Shown here: one piece after another, positions 19,197-29,183 of the stretch
Layout: each line of letters opens with the position of its first letter
How positions within the stretch are numbered: the first letter of the stretch is position 1
Origin: Acidimicrobiia bacterium
Lineage (GTDB): Bacteria > Actinomycetota > Acidimicrobiia > IMCC26256 > JBMOIW01
Direction of reading: 5' to 3'
Assembly: GCA_049317145.1 (NCBI GenBank)
Contig: JBMOIW010000003.1
Span: 1-59,503 of the forward strand
DNA length: 59,503 nt
Position numbers and translations under genes: made by a program
The notes under the pieces: model-generated
The model's database searches: none
What the model was told of the DNA's origin: nothing
The model's input: the letters and a program-made list of their open reading frames with translations, nothing else

Positions 19197-20842
19197 GTGC
19201 GCCGAGCACGTCTCCGCTGGTGCGCCGCAGTGCGATCGTTGCGTCCGGCACATTGCTCGCCAAAATTTCAGGATTCGCACGCCTAGCGGTGGTTGCGTAC
19301 GTCATCGGTTTCACTCGACTCACCGACACGTACAACCTCGCTAATGAAACACCGAACATTGTCTACGAGTTGTTGCTCGGCGGCATTCTCACTGCGACCT
19401 TTGTGCCGGTGTTTGTCAGCTTTTTTGATCGTGACGACGAAGAGTCGATCCACGCGATTGTCACCACCGCACTCGTTGCGCTCACCGCCATCAGCGTCAT
19501 CGGGGTGCTCGCCGCACCGTGGATTGTGGAGCTGTATACATCGCGCTTGACCGGCGCGGACCGAATGGCCCAACGTGAACTAGCCACCACGCTGCTGCGC
19601 TACTTCATGCCGCAAATGTTCTTCTTCGGGATCGCCGCCGTTGCCGGCGCAATCCTCAACGCGCGGCGTCGGTTTGCAGCCCCAGCGTTTACTCCGATCC
19701 TCAACAACATTGTGGTCATCGCCACGTTCATGACGTTCGGGCTATTGGCCGGGCCGGGCCGGGGCCTCCTCGATGTGGCCGGCAACGCCACGCAAACCGC
19801 CGTGCTCGGCTTGGGAACCACCCTCGGTGTGGCCGCCATGGCATTGGCGCTGCTGCCCGCCGTGGCGAAAACCGGGTACCGGTTCCGATGGCGATTCCGT
19901 CTCGGGGATCCCGCGGTGCGTCGCGTCGTTCGTTTGTCGGGCTGGACGATTGGCTACGTCGCTGCGAACCAAGTTGCACTGTGGTTCGTGCTCGTCCTCG
20001 CTAACGGACATCCGGGCAGCGTCTCGGCGTATTTGGGTGCGTACGTGTTCTTCATTCTCCCGCACGGGCTGTTTGCAACCTCGATCATGACCGCCCTTGC
20101 TCCCGATCTGGCCGCAGCATGGAACGAGCGCAACGCTGCCCAAGCGCGTACGTTTGCGACCAAAGGTTTGCGACTCATCCTCGCAATTATCGTGCCCGCC
20201 GCAGCGGTGGAAATTGCGCTCGGGCGACCAATCATCGTTGCCTTGCTGCAACGTGGCCAGTTCACTGGTGCACAGGCCGCCCTCACCGGTGATGTGTTGA
20301 CGCTCTTCGGTATTGGCCTAGTTGCGTTTTCGCTGTATCTCTTCTCACTGCGCGTCTGTTACGCAAGCCAAGACACGCGCACGCCATTCTTGTTGAACTG
20401 CGCGCAAAACGGCGTCAACATCTTGCTCGCGTGGTGGTGGTACGACGCGTACGGCGTACGTGGTCTCGCGCTGGCGTTCTCGATCTCTTACATCGTCGCT
20501 GCCGTTGTTGCACTCACCGTGGTCGGCCGTCGACTCCACGGACTGGAGTGGTCGGCGCTGGGTTCGGTCGCCATGCGGGTGGTCCCGGTTGCCATGCTCG
20601 CCGGGGGAGCTGCCTGGATGATCGCCCGCGCAATCGGCTGGGACTCCCCCAGTCGGGCCTGGCTGGCCTGCATCGCCGGCATTGCCGGCGCCGGCGCTGT
20701 GGTCGCTGCGGGGTATGTCATCCTCCGAGTCGATGAGGCCCAAAATGTGCTGCGCGTGCTGGGTAAGCGGCGGCCGGTCGCACCGACATTCGAACCCGAT
20801 TCCGATACGCCCGAACCTGGGCTGCCCGGCGTGGAACGATAG
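19193..20842 (+). CDS. murJ: lipid II flippase MurJ (MviN)
   Basis: ATG 19193 overlaps the upstream stop (ATGA). N-terminus LVRRSAIVASGTLLAKISGFARLAVVAYVIG and TNIVYELLLGGILTATFVP are MurJ signatures. Polytopic; 549 aa with no fused kinase-like domain. Confidence 0.85.
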   Translation: MSAPSTSPLVRRSAIVASGTLLAKISGFARLAVVAYVIGFTRLTDTYNLANETPNIVYELLLGGILTATFVPVFVSFFDRDDEESIHAIVTTALVALTAISVIGVLAAPWIVELYTSRLTGADRMAQRELATTLLRYFMPQMFFFGIAAVAGAILNARRRFAAPAFTPILNNIVVIATFMTFGLLAGPGRGLLDVAGNATQTAVLGLGTTLGVAAMALALLPAVAKTGYRFRWRFRLGDPAVRRVVRLSGWTIGYVAANQVALWFVLVLANGHPGSVSAYLGAYVFFILPHGLFATSIMTALAPDLAAAWNERNAAQARTFATKGLRLILAIIVPAAAVEIALGRPIIVALLQRGQFTGAQAALTGDVLTLFGIGLVAFSLYLFSLRVCYASQDTRTPFLLNCAQNGVNILLAWWWYDAYGVRGLALAFSISYIVAAVVALTVVGRRLHGLEWSALGSVAMRVVPVAMLAGGAAWMIARAIGWDSPSRAWLACIAGIAGAGAVVAAGYVILRVDEAQNVLRVLGKRRPVAPTFEPDSDTPEPGLPGVER

Positions 20843-20859
20843 GTGCACGAGGAGGTCCC

Positions 20860-21702
20860 ATGACCGTTCACATCGTTACCGACAGCGCGTGCGATCTTTC
20901 TGACGAACTCATCGAGAACGGGGACATCACTGTCGTTCCACTCTCGATTCGTTTCGGCCGCGAAGAACTCGTGGACCGTCGGGATCTCACCACCGATGCG
21001 TTTTGGCGTCGCCTCCCCAACGCTTCGGAGTTGCCGTCGACTGCGGCGCCCTCGGCCGGCGCATTCGAAGACGCATTCCGAGCCGCAGCCGAAAACGGCG
21101 CCACCGAAGTTGTGTGTATCAACTTGTCCTCGAATCTCTCGGCCACAATGCAATCTGCGCAACTCGCTGCGCGCGCGGTCGCCGATATCGTTCCCGTTAC
21201 CATCATCGATTCCGAACAAGTGTCGATGGGTTTGGGCTCACTTGTCGTCCTTGCTGCGGGCATGGCCGCCGAGGGCGCTCGTGCCGAAAGCATCGGGCGC
21301 GAAGTAATCAGCGCGCGTAATCACACGCGCCTGTTCGGCGCGCTCGACACCCTCGAATTTCTGCATCGCGGCGGACGCATAGGCGGCGCCAAAGCGATGC
21401 TTGGCTCCATGCTTTCCATCAAACCATTGATCGAAGTGCGCAATGGTCACGTCGAAGAGGCGGGCAAAGTACGAACGCGCTCAAAGGCATTGCAATTCCT
21501 GGTCGAAAAGGTGCAAGCGCAGCCCGTAACCTCATTGTCAGTGTTACACGGTGCAGCTCCAGATCTCGAGCAATTCCTCGACATGCTCGACCCCATCGTG
21601 CCGCGCTCCGAAATCTTGGTGGGCACGGTTGGACCCGTCATCGGCACCCACGCTGGTCCGGGTGTGATCGGTGTCACCTTCCGCGTCGCGCACGATCGTT
21701 AA
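20860..21702 (+). CDS. DegV-family fatty-acid-binding protein
   Basis: 280 aa. MTVHIVTDSACDLSDELIENGDITVVPLSIRFG and STAAPSAGAFEDAF match DegV hallmarks. Confidence 0.85.
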   Translation: MTVHIVTDSACDLSDELIENGDITVVPLSIRFGREELVDRRDLTTDAFWRRLPNASELPSTAAPSAGAFEDAFRAAAENGATEVVCINLSSNLSATMQSAQLAARAVADIVPVTIIDSEQVSMGLGSLVVLAAGMAAEGARAESIGREVISARNHTRLFGALDTLEFLHRGGRIGGAKAMLGSMLSIKPLIEVRNGHVEEAGKVRTRSKALQFLVEKVQAQPVTSLSVLHGAAPDLEQFLDMLDPIVPRSEILVGTVGPVIGTHAGPGVIGVTFRVAHDR

Positions 21703-21705
21703 GTC

Positions 21706-23178
21706 ATGGGGTTGGATCTCGTAAACTGCGGCACCGTTTTGTGCAGCCGCTACGAGATCACCGCTCTGTTGCATTCTTCTTCGACCATTCGAGTGTGGGA
21801 AGCCAGCGATCCCATCCTTGAGCGTTCGGTCATTGTCGAGACCATGGATCCGCGTTGCACAAACGAAGAGCGGAGTGCGTTCCTCGATGCGGCTCTGCGC
21901 AACGCCCGATGCACCCACCACGGAGTAGTGCGCGTCTATGACACCGGCACGCACAACGGCACCACGTTCGTAGTTTCCGAATTCGTACGCGGCGAAGCAC
22001 TCGACCACCGCATTTCCCGCAGCGGGCCCATGCAAGTCGGCACGATTGCTGCGGTCGTTACCTCCGTTGCCGAGTCCCTCGCCGCAGCCCACGCCGTGGG
22101 ACTGATCCACGGAGCTCTGCGCGCCAATAGCGTCCTGATCGCCGCCGACGACCAGATCAAAATCAGCGGTTTCGGCGCTCCCAGCCCCGATGACCGGTAT
22201 CGAGTACCCGGCGAGGAGCCGTCCGCGGCAGCCGATGTGTATGCATTGGCCGTCATCGCTGTCGAGATGTATTCGGGCGAACCGTTTGACCCGCTACACG
22301 ACGACCTTGAGGCAAGGCTGGCACGCCGCAGCGATCTGCCCGACCGTGCAACCAATGCCCTGCGTCGCGCACTCGATCCCGATCCACACTCACGAGCAGC
22401 TCACGCACGCGCGCTAGACCGTGCGTTTGCCTCACTGCGAACTACGCCAATCAGCGAACAACGCACCGAAGCAGTACTCGCGGTGACACCCGCAATAGCA
22501 TCGCACCTCGTCGAAGTCCCCACTGCAGTGCATTCGGTAGTGGCGCCAGCCACCGAGCCATCTGTTTCGGCAACCACTGCAGCGCAGGGCGAACAACTGG
22601 TTTCCGGTCCGAGCCCGATGCGCACTGCGCTGTTGTTGCTCATCGCCATCGGCATCATCGGTGGACTCGCGATTGCCTTTGGGTACATCGTGAGGAATAG
22701 CAAGGGACTGCAGTTCGATACTGCACCAAAAAACCTGGTGCCGAGTGTGGTGACCATCCGCTCCGCGCGTGATTTCGATCCACAAGGCGACAACGGCGAG
22801 GAAAACCGGGCCAGCGTTGCGCGCGCGATCGACGGCGACCCAAACACGATCTGGTCAACCGAGACGTACGTCAGCCCAGATTTTGGGGGCGGGAAGTCCG
22901 GTGTTGGCCTGCGCCTCGATGTAGCCGACTTCCAATCGGTGCGGGGTGTTCGCCTTCTTTCGTCCACTCCAGGCTGGTCTGGGGCCATCTACATCGCAGA
23001 CGCCCCAGGGGCATCCCTCGCAAGCTGGGGGGCGCCCGTTGCTTCGATCACCAACGCTGGCGACGACGCAACGCTTACTGCGCAGCGCGCCCAACGCGGG
23101 ACTTCGGTGCTGGTGTGGTTCACGCGCTTGCCCGCCGGCGGACGACTCGACGTCGCCGAGGTGCAAGTTCTTGGATAA
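21706..23178 (+). CDS. Ser/Thr-kinase-like pseudokinase, TM segment, extracytoplasmic sugar-binding-like domain (MviN C-terminal module as a separate gene)
   Basis: Kinase fold with IHGALRANSVL in place of HRDLKPxN, ISGFG in place of DFG, and VIVETM in place of VAIK. TM segment ALLLLIAIGIIGGLAIAFGYIV. C-terminal domain DGDPNTIWSTETY... is discoidin-like. Confidence 0.75.
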   Translation: MGLDLVNCGTVLCSRYEITALLHSSSTIRVWEASDPILERSVIVETMDPRCTNEERSAFLDAALRNARCTHHGVVRVYDTGTHNGTTFVVSEFVRGEALDHRISRSGPMQVGTIAAVVTSVAESLAAAHAVGLIHGALRANSVLIAADDQIKISGFGAPSPDDRYRVPGEEPSAAADVYALAVIAVEMYSGEPFDPLHDDLEARLARRSDLPDRATNALRRALDPDPHSRAAHARALDRAFASLRTTPISEQRTEAVLAVTPAIASHLVEVPTAVHSVVAPATEPSVSATTAAQGEQLVSGPSPMRTALLLLIAIGIIGGLAIAFGYIVRNSKGLQFDTAPKNLVPSVVTIRSARDFDPQGDNGEENRASVARAIDGDPNTIWSTETYVSPDFGGGKSGVGLRLDVADFQSVRGVRLLSSTPGWSGAIYIADAPGASLASWGAPVASITNAGDDATLTAQRAQRGTSVLVWFTRLPAGGRLDVAEVQVLG

Positions 23179-23725
23179 GTTCGATATCACTCGCGTCGAC
23201 GCAGCGCGTGCCGGTGATCGGATTGCGCTCAATGATGTCTTGACGCAATACAGTCCGCGCGCGTTCGCAATATGTCGACGTGTGTTGTGCAACTCCGAAG
23301 ATGCGCGCGATGCCGCGCAGCACGCACTCATTGCAATCGCGCAACACATCACGGAATTCGACGGCCATGCGGCATTCACCACATGGGCGTATCGGATCAC
23401 CGTAAACGCGGCCCTCGATGAAGTCCGGCGCCGCAACCGCCGCCCCGAACCCCACGAAACCATCGATCCTTCGCCGAGCCCGGATCCAACCAATGCCGTC
23501 GATGACCGACTCCTTCTCGACAAGGCGCTCTCCGCCCTACTCCCCGAGTTCCGCGCCGTCCTTGTGCTACGCGACCTGCTGGGCCTCGACTACGCCGAAA
23601 TTGCTGAGGTGCTGGACGTTCCGCCGGGCACAGTCCGATCCCGCATCGCCCGAGGACGCGCACAACTTGCAGCCGCGCTCGGGAACCAACTGGATGCGCC
23701 CGAACGTCCTACAGAAACCACATGA
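23171..23725 (+). CDS. ECF (sigma-70 family) sigma factor, SigM-like by synteny
   Basis: Region 2 FTTWAYRITVNAALDEVRRR and region 4 DYAEIAEVLDVPPGTVRSRIARGRAQL. TTG 23171 is the first plausible start that allows a full region 2; the start is uncertain. Confidence 0.8.
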   Translation: MDKFDITRVDAARAGDRIALNDVLTQYSPRAFAICRRVLCNSEDARDAAQHALIAIAQHITEFDGHAAFTTWAYRITVNAALDEVRRRNRRPEPHETIDPSPSPDPTNAVDDRLLLDKALSALLPEFRAVLVLRDLLGLDYAEIAEVLDVPPGTVRSRIARGRAQLAAALGNQLDAPERPTETT

Positions 23726-24573
23726 ACACACCGCTACCGCCCGACCCCGGTCCGTACGGACCCGACACCGATGACGCGATCACTGCGCTCATCGATGGCG
23801 AGCTCGCGGGGTTTGCCGCCGACACCGGCCGTAGCGTCGATGAAGTGCGCACCACCCTCGAACAGTGGGGCGGGCTCGAGGCCCGGCGGGCACGGTTGCT
23901 CACTGCGCGCGAGGCCATGGCCACCCCGGTTGCGTTCGATGATCCGCTCGGGTCCGAACTCGTTGCGGCCGCATTGGCGGCAGTGCCCAACCTCGCTCCA
24001 GTGGTTGCGCTGCGGGCACGCCGCTCGCGTCGCATTGCGTGGATCTTGAGTGGTGCAGCCATTGCACTCGTTGCCATGGTGGGCATTGGGATGGTGATCG
24101 GAAACCGCAACTCCACTCCGACCGCGCAACAGTCCTCCCTCGGCCCAGAACTGCAGCCTGCGACCGCCGGAGGCATCTCGCGCGACGACACGGGAGCTAG
24201 CGCAACCCAATCGATCCCGAGCACTACCGAGGCAAGTGCCGCAAGCACTCCCACCACCACGCCGGACACGCGCGCCAGCCTCGGGGAGATCAGCGATCCT
24301 CTCGTGCTGCGCAATCGAATCCAAGGCCGCCTAAACGGCAATAACAACCTGACCTCCTCCACGACCGGCGGTTCGTCGAGCACAACCGTTGCGCCCAGCG
24401 AGCCCTGTGCCGGCGTTGCATTGTTCCCCTCTGGGAGCACGATCGTGCTGCGCACGCCCGCAACGTTGAGCGGCCAGCGCGTCGAAGTGGTTGCGGCCAC
24501 CGCGGGCGCGACCACCCTCGTCGTGGTCCTCGATCCCGCCTCGTGCTCGGTCCTGCGGGCCCTCACCCTCTGA
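23722..24573 (+). CDS. membrane-spanning anti-sigma factor (non-ZAS)
   Basis: ATGA overlap with the sigma gene. N-terminal ITALIDGELAG..., one TM segment (IAWILSGAAIALVAMVGIGMVIG), Ser/Thr-rich extracytoplasmic part. Confidence 0.6.
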   Translation: MNTPLPPDPGPYGPDTDDAITALIDGELAGFAADTGRSVDEVRTTLEQWGGLEARRARLLTAREAMATPVAFDDPLGSELVAAALAAVPNLAPVVALRARRSRRIAWILSGAAIALVAMVGIGMVIGNRNSTPTAQQSSLGPELQPATAGGISRDDTGASATQSIPSTTEASAASTPTTTPDTRASLGEISDPLVLRNRIQGRLNGNNNLTSSTTGGSSSTTVAPSEPCAGVALFPSGSTIVLRTPATLSGQRVEVVAATAGATTLVVVLDPASCSVLRALTL

Positions 24574-24628
24574 GCGGATGACGGCTCCCCGGATCGCCGG
24601 GTACGCTGCCCCGGCCCAAAGGAGCACT

Positions 24629-24892
24629 GTGCAGGACTGGACCGATAAAGGCGCCGACTTCGTCGAAAGTGCCGTCACGACATTGCGAGACCGCACCATC
24701 GTGCCGGCGCGCACGGCCGCGAAAGGTCTTGTCTACGGGACACTGGCCGCCTTCTTCGTGTCACTGGCACTGCTGATCCTTGCGATCGGTGCGTTCCGAC
24801 TGCTCAACGTTGGCTTGCCGGTGTGGGCCTCGTACTTGGTGCTGGGCGGAATCTTTGTCACCGTTGGCGCGTTGTGCTGGATAAAGCGCTAG
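24629..24892 (+). CDS. small two-TM membrane protein (holin-X / DUF-type)
   Basis: GTG 24629 preceded by AAAGGAG. 87 aa with two hydrophobic helices. Confidence 0.5.
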   Translation: MQDWTDKGADFVESAVTTLRDRTIVPARTAAKGLVYGTLAAFFVSLALLILAIGAFRLLNVGLPVWASYLVLGGIFVTVGALCWIKR

Positions 24893-24907
24893 CGCCGAGG
24901 AGGGATC

Positions 24908-25849
24908 ATGCCGGACGTACGCGATGTACTCATCATTGGATCGGGCCCTGCGGGGCTAACTGCTGCTATCTACACCGCGCGCGCCAATCTCAATCCGCTG
25001 GTTATTGAAGGACTCGGCGCAGGTGGACAGCTCATGCTCACCACTGAGGTCGAGAACTTCCCCGGTTTTCCCACCGGGATCATGGGCCCCGAACTCATGA
25101 CCAATTTCCGCGGCCAGGCCGAGCGGTTCGGCGCAGAATTCCTCTCGAGCGACGTAGATCGCATCGACTTTTCGCAGCATCCGTTTCGTGCGTGGGTCGG
25201 CGACCAGGACTACGCGGCGCGCAGCGTAATTATCAGCACCGGTGCATCGGCCCGAATGCTCGGCCTGCCCTCGGAACGGGCGCTGTTGGGCCACGGGGTT
25301 TCGACCTGCGCTACCTGCGACGGATTCTTCTTCCGAGACCAGCCCATTGCGGTCATCGGCGGAGGCGACTCAGCGCTCGAAGAAGCCACATTCCTCACCA
25401 AGTTCGCGAGTTCCGTCACGCTGATCCACCGGCGCAAAGAGCTGCGAGCCTCAAAAATCATGCAGGAACGGGCCTTCGCGAACCCCAAGATCAACTTCAT
25501 TTGGAACTCCGAAGTCGTCGAAGTGCTCGGCACTGACCACGTCGAAGGCCTGAAACTGCGCGACACGGAGACCGGGGTCGAACAGCAAATCGCGGTCTCC
25601 GGGTGTTTCGTGGCCATCGGGCACACGCCGAATACCTCTCTGTTTACCAACACCCTCGAGCTCGATGGCACGGGATACATCGTCACCCAGGCCGACTCCA
25701 CCGCCACATCGGTGCCGGGCGTATTCGCCGCCGGTGACGTCCAGGATCACGTGTTTCGCCAGGCGATTACGGCCGCGGGCTCGGGTTGCATGGCTGCTAT
25801 CGAAGCCGAGCGCTGGCTCGAAGCTGAAGCGCACGCCGCTCACCAATAA
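24908..25849 (+). CDS. trxB: thioredoxin-disulfide reductase
   Basis: [15 protein letters not shown] motif, CATCDG redox centre, [15 protein letters not shown] motif. Confidence 0.95.
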   Translation: MPDVRDVLIIGSGPAGLTAAIYTARANLNPLVIEGLGAGGQLMLTTEVENFPGFPTGIMGPELMTNFRGQAERFGAEFLSSDVDRIDFSQHPFRAWVGDQDYAARSVIISTGASARMLGLPSERALLGHGVSTCATCDGFFFRDQPIAVIGGGDSALEEATFLTKFASSVTLIHRRKELRASKIMQERAFANPKINFIWNSEVVEVLGTDHVEGLKLRDTETGVEQQIAVSGCFVAIGHTPNTSLFTNTLELDGTGYIVTQADSTATSVPGVFAAGDVQDHVFRQAITAAGSGCMAAIEAERWLEAEAHAAHQ

Positions 25850-25873
25850 CCGATCGCTACGAAAGGAAACCCC

Positions 25874-26203
25874 ATGGCAGACGGAATTGTCACCATTACC
25901 GACGCATCGTTCGACGAGACCATTAGCACGGCCGACACACCAATTCTTGTGGATTTCTGGGCCGAATGGTGCGGTCCCTGCAAGATGATTGCGCCGGTGC
26001 TCTCCGAAATTGCCGCGGAACAGGCCGGCAAACTCACGATCGGCAAAGTCAACGTCGACGAAAACCCGGGCGCGGCGCGACGTTTTGATGTGATGAGCAT
26101 TCCAACCTTGATCGTGTTCGTGAACGGTCAGCCCGCAAAGCGCTTGGTTGGTGCGAAGAGCAAGACCGCGTTGCTCGCGGATCTCGCCGAATTCGTCAGC
26201 TGA
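25874..26203 (+). CDS. trxA: thioredoxin
   Basis: 109 aa with the WCGPC active site. Confidence 0.95.
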   Translation: MADGIVTITDASFDETISTADTPILVDFWAEWCGPCKMIAPVLSEIAAEQAGKLTIGKVNVDENPGAARRFDVMSIPTLIVFVNGQPAKRLVGAKSKTALLADLAEFVS

Positions 26204-26208
26204 ACGCA

Positions 26209-27204
26209 ATGCCGCAACGCGACGGCGCGCGACGCGTCGACGAGCTCGAAACCCACGATTTACAGCTTCGGCTGATTGCCTTGGGCCACTCGATCGCCGC
26301 CGAAGAACTTGGTGGAGCGTACGGTTCCACAACTACAGACGCCGTCCGCGAGTTTCAACGCGCCCGCGGGTTGCGCGTCGATGGGGTTGCGGGCCGCGAA
26401 ACATGGAGCGCACTGATCGAATGTGGGTACACACTCGGGGATCGGTTGCTCTACGAGCGCGCACCTGCGATGCGCGGTGACGACGTCGCGGAGCTGCAAT
26501 CGCGCTTGAATTCATTGGGTTTTGATGCCGGTCGCGTCGATGGCATTGCGGGGATCAAGACCATCAACGCGTTGCGCGAATTTCAACGTAACGCTGGCCT
26601 CGCGGTTGACGGAATTGCCGGTCCAACCACGTTGGTGGAGTTGCGTCGCTTGGGCGTGAAGTCCAAAGGCGAAATCGCAAGTGTCCGCGAACGCGAATGG
26701 TTGCGCAGTGCCGCGCGTGATCTGGCCGGACATCCTGTGTTGTTGGCCGTGGCGCCCGAGTTTCACGCGCTTGGCGAAACGATTCGGAGCGGATTAGCAA
26801 ATCTTGGAAGTCCCGTAGTGGCCGAGATGGGCGGTCTCGATGACCACGAGCTTGCCAATACCGCCAACGGCTGTGGCGCAAGCTGGGTCATCGCGCTGCG
26901 ACCAGGCTCGGAATCAGGTTGCCATGTGCATTACTACGGCACGGCGAGGTTCGTGTCCCAGGCCGGATGCCATCTGGCCGAAACAATCGCGACTGCGCTC
27001 GAAAAGACAGCGCTACCCGGCCCCCATGTCGCGTCGGCACGCACTTATGGCCTTATGCGCGAAACCGTGATGCCCACAGTTGCGATCGAACCGGTTGCCA
27101 AGGACGATTCCGAGGGCACTCGCGCGCTTGTGAATGACACCCCCGCAATTGCGGACGCGGTTGTCGCTGCGTTTCTGGCCGTTGTATCGCAGCCGCTCGA
27201 CTAG
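26209..27204 (+). CDS. CwlM-like protein: two PG-binding-1 repeats plus a degenerate amidase_3-like domain
   Basis: Two GxxTxxAVxxFQ repeats (TTDAVREFQRARGLRVDGVAG; TINALREFQRNAGLAVDGIAG). No signal peptide. C-terminal domain is amidase_3-like, but the DPGHGG and SIHxN positions read VAPEFHA and ALRPGS. Confidence 0.7.
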   Translation: MPQRDGARRVDELETHDLQLRLIALGHSIAAEELGGAYGSTTTDAVREFQRARGLRVDGVAGRETWSALIECGYTLGDRLLYERAPAMRGDDVAELQSRLNSLGFDAGRVDGIAGIKTINALREFQRNAGLAVDGIAGPTTLVELRRLGVKSKGEIASVREREWLRSAARDLAGHPVLLAVAPEFHALGETIRSGLANLGSPVVAEMGGLDDHELANTANGCGASWVIALRPGSESGCHVHYYGTARFVSQAGCHLAETIATALEKTALPGPHVASARTYGLMRETVMPTVAIEPVAKDDSEGTRALVNDTPAIADAVVAAFLAVVSQPLD

Positions 27205-27213
27205 CACATCGCG

Positions 27214-28104
27214 TTAGCCCCGCGCCCCGCCGCTCATTATGCGGTAGATCCGCTCGAGATCATCGAGGGACGAGAAGTCAATTGTCACTTTGCCAACCTT
27301 GGCATTCATTGAGATGTTGACCCGGGTCTCGAGCAAATCACCGAGCAGCTCTTCAAGCTCGAGGAGCCCCGGTGGACGCAACTGGGTGGATGGCCGTGCT
27401 CGCTCTACACGCTCAGCCACCGACTCGGGTTCGACTTCGTCTCGACCTTTCACTGCGTCCTCAACGGACCGTACTGACAAGCCGTCTTTGACGATGCGTT
27501 TGGCGAGTTGTTCTTGGAACGCCCGATCCGGTGTGCCGAGCAACGCCCGCGCGTGGCCCATCGAAAGCTTGTTCTCGCGGACAAGCTTTTGAATAGAAGC
27601 CGGCAGTTGCATCAATCGCAGAGTGTTCGTTACCGCAGCGCGGCTCCGCCCTACTCGGGTTGCGACCTGGTCGTGGGTGAGTTTGAAATCCTCAATGAGC
27701 TGTTGATAGGCCGCTGCCTCCTCGAGTGGGTTGAGGTCGGAGCGATGCAGGTTCTCAATGAGCGCGTGCTCGAGGGCGGTGGTGTCATCGGTGTCGCGCA
27801 CAACTGCGGGAATGGTCTTGAGGCCTACCCGTTTAGAGGCACGCAGGCGACGCTCCCCCGCAATGAGCTCGTACTCCTCACCGATTGGGCGCACGAGCAC
27901 AGGCTGAAGCACCCCAACCTCGCGGATCGAGTCGGTGAGTACCGTCAACGCTTCTTCGTCGAAGTAGTCGCGCGGCTGGTACGGGTTAGGACGAATCTTG
28001 GCGATCGGGAGTTCTTCGTAGCCCGAACCAGTAACCGCCCGGGGGTTTTCTTCGGTGGGGATGAGGGCGTTGAGACCTTTACCCAATCCGGCGCGTCGCA
28101 CCAC
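27214..28104 (-). CDS. parB: chromosome partitioning protein ParB
   Basis: GTG 28104 preceded by AAGGAGG. N-terminus VVRRAGLGKGLNALIP, GERRLRA box, HTH. Overlaps the parA 3' end by 26 nt. Confidence 0.9.
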   Translation of the reverse strand: MVRRAGLGKGLNALIPTEENPRAVTGSGYEELPIAKIRPNPYQPRDYFDEEALTVLTDSIREVGVLQPVLVRPIGEEYELIAGERRLRASKRVGLKTIPAVVRDTDDTTALEHALIENLHRSDLNPLEEAAAYQQLIEDFKLTHDQVATRVGRSRAAVTNTLRLMQLPASIQKLVRENKLSMGHARALLGTPDRAFQEQLAKRIVKDGLSVRSVEDAVKGRDEVEPESVAERVERARPSTQLRPPGLLELEELLGDLLETRVNISMNAKVGKVTIDFSSLDDLERIYRIMSGGARG

Positions 28105-29008
28105 GGCTGACCTCCTTCGCAAGCTCCCGGTAGGCGATAGCCCCACGGGATGTCGGATCAAACACAGTGACGGGCTGTCCAAAGGACGGGGCCTCTGAAA
28201 TACGAACCGTACGGGGCACAACCGTGCGGTACACCTTGGGTCCGAAGTGCTCGCGCACCTCAGTCTCGACCTGGTCAGCAAGTTTGGTGCGGCTGTCGTA
28301 CATGGTCAGCACGATGCCCCGTACGTCGAGCGACGGATTGAGGTTTCCGCGTACCAGACCCACGTTCCGCAGAAGCTGGCCAAGGCCTTCGAGTGCGTAG
28401 TACTCGCATTGGATCGGCACGATCACATCGTCGGCCGCAGCCAGACCGTTCACCGTCAACAGCCCAAGGGAAGGCGGGCAGTCGATCAGGATGTAGTCAT
28501 AATCGTCTCGGATCTCGTAAAGGGCCTTACGAAGCCGTAACTCACGAGAGAAGGCTGGCACCAACTCGATCTCAGCACCCGCCAGATCAATGGTGGCTGG
28601 CGCAACGAAGAGATTCTTGAGGCTCGTGGGCTCGACACAGTCGTCAATGGATGCCTCGTCAATAATGACGTCGTATATCGATCTCTCAAGGTTGCGGGCC
28701 ACGATGCCAAGCCCGGTGGACGCATTGCCCTGAGGATCGAGATCCACGATAAGGACCCGGTACCCCATCTCTGCGAGGGAGGCGCCCAGGTTCACCGATG
28801 TCGTGGTCTTACCGACGCCGCCCTTTTGATTTGCGATCGCAATAATGCGCGGTAGATCGTAGGGCGGGAGCTCTTCAGTAGAGCCGGAAACCTTGGGTTC
28901 ATTGATCTCTGTGAGGCGATCCCGGGAGCTTGTTTCGTGCGGCGAGTGATCTTTTATCCGCGATGCTGGCGGGCGTTGTTTGACCCGGTGTTTGCTGTCC
29001 TTGGCCAT
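28079..29008 (-). CDS. parA: chromosome partitioning ATPase ParA
   Basis: Deviant Walker A NQKGGVGKTTTSVNLG, and VLIVDLDPQGNAS. Confidence 0.9.
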   Translation of the reverse strand: MAKDSKHRVKQRPPASRIKDHSPHETSSRDRLTEINEPKVSGSTEELPPYDLPRIIAIANQKGGVGKTTTSVNLGASLAEMGYRVLIVDLDPQGNASTGLGIVARNLERSIYDVIIDEASIDDCVEPTSLKNLFVAPATIDLAGAEIELVPAFSRELRLRKALYEIRDDYDYILIDCPPSLGLLTVNGLAAADDVIVPIQCEYYALEGLGQLLRNVGLVRGNLNPSLDVRGIVLTMYDSRTKLADQVETEVREHFGPKVYRTVVPRTVRISEAPSFGQPVTVFDPTSRGAIAYRELAKEVSRGATRRIG

Positions 29009-29078
29009 CGTTCGAGCTTCCCTTCAAGAAATGACCGCTGATCTTCGACCGCGCGAGCGGCCCAGGTCAAGAAATCCG

Positions 29079-29094
29079 CGTTTCACGTGAAACG
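29079..29094. other. parS centromere-like site CGTTTCACGTGAAACG
   Basis: Perfect 16-bp palindrome. Matches the TGTTTCACGTGAAACA consensus at the central 14 positions. Lies in the parA-rsmG intergenic region. Confidence 0.85.
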
Positions 29095-29183
29095 ATGGGT
29101 TGGTTGAGGGTCATCTCACTAACGGTTTATCGCTTGCGAGACCCGAATGCGCGGACCCAGCGGTTCAGGAAAAGCTCTAGAGC

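Noticed and set aside
23709-24566. 285-aa minus-strand ORF mirroring the anti-sigma gene
   Set aside because: The plus-strand frame has an ATGA coupling to the sigma gene, an anti-sigma-like N-terminus and a clean TM helix. The minus frame has none of these.
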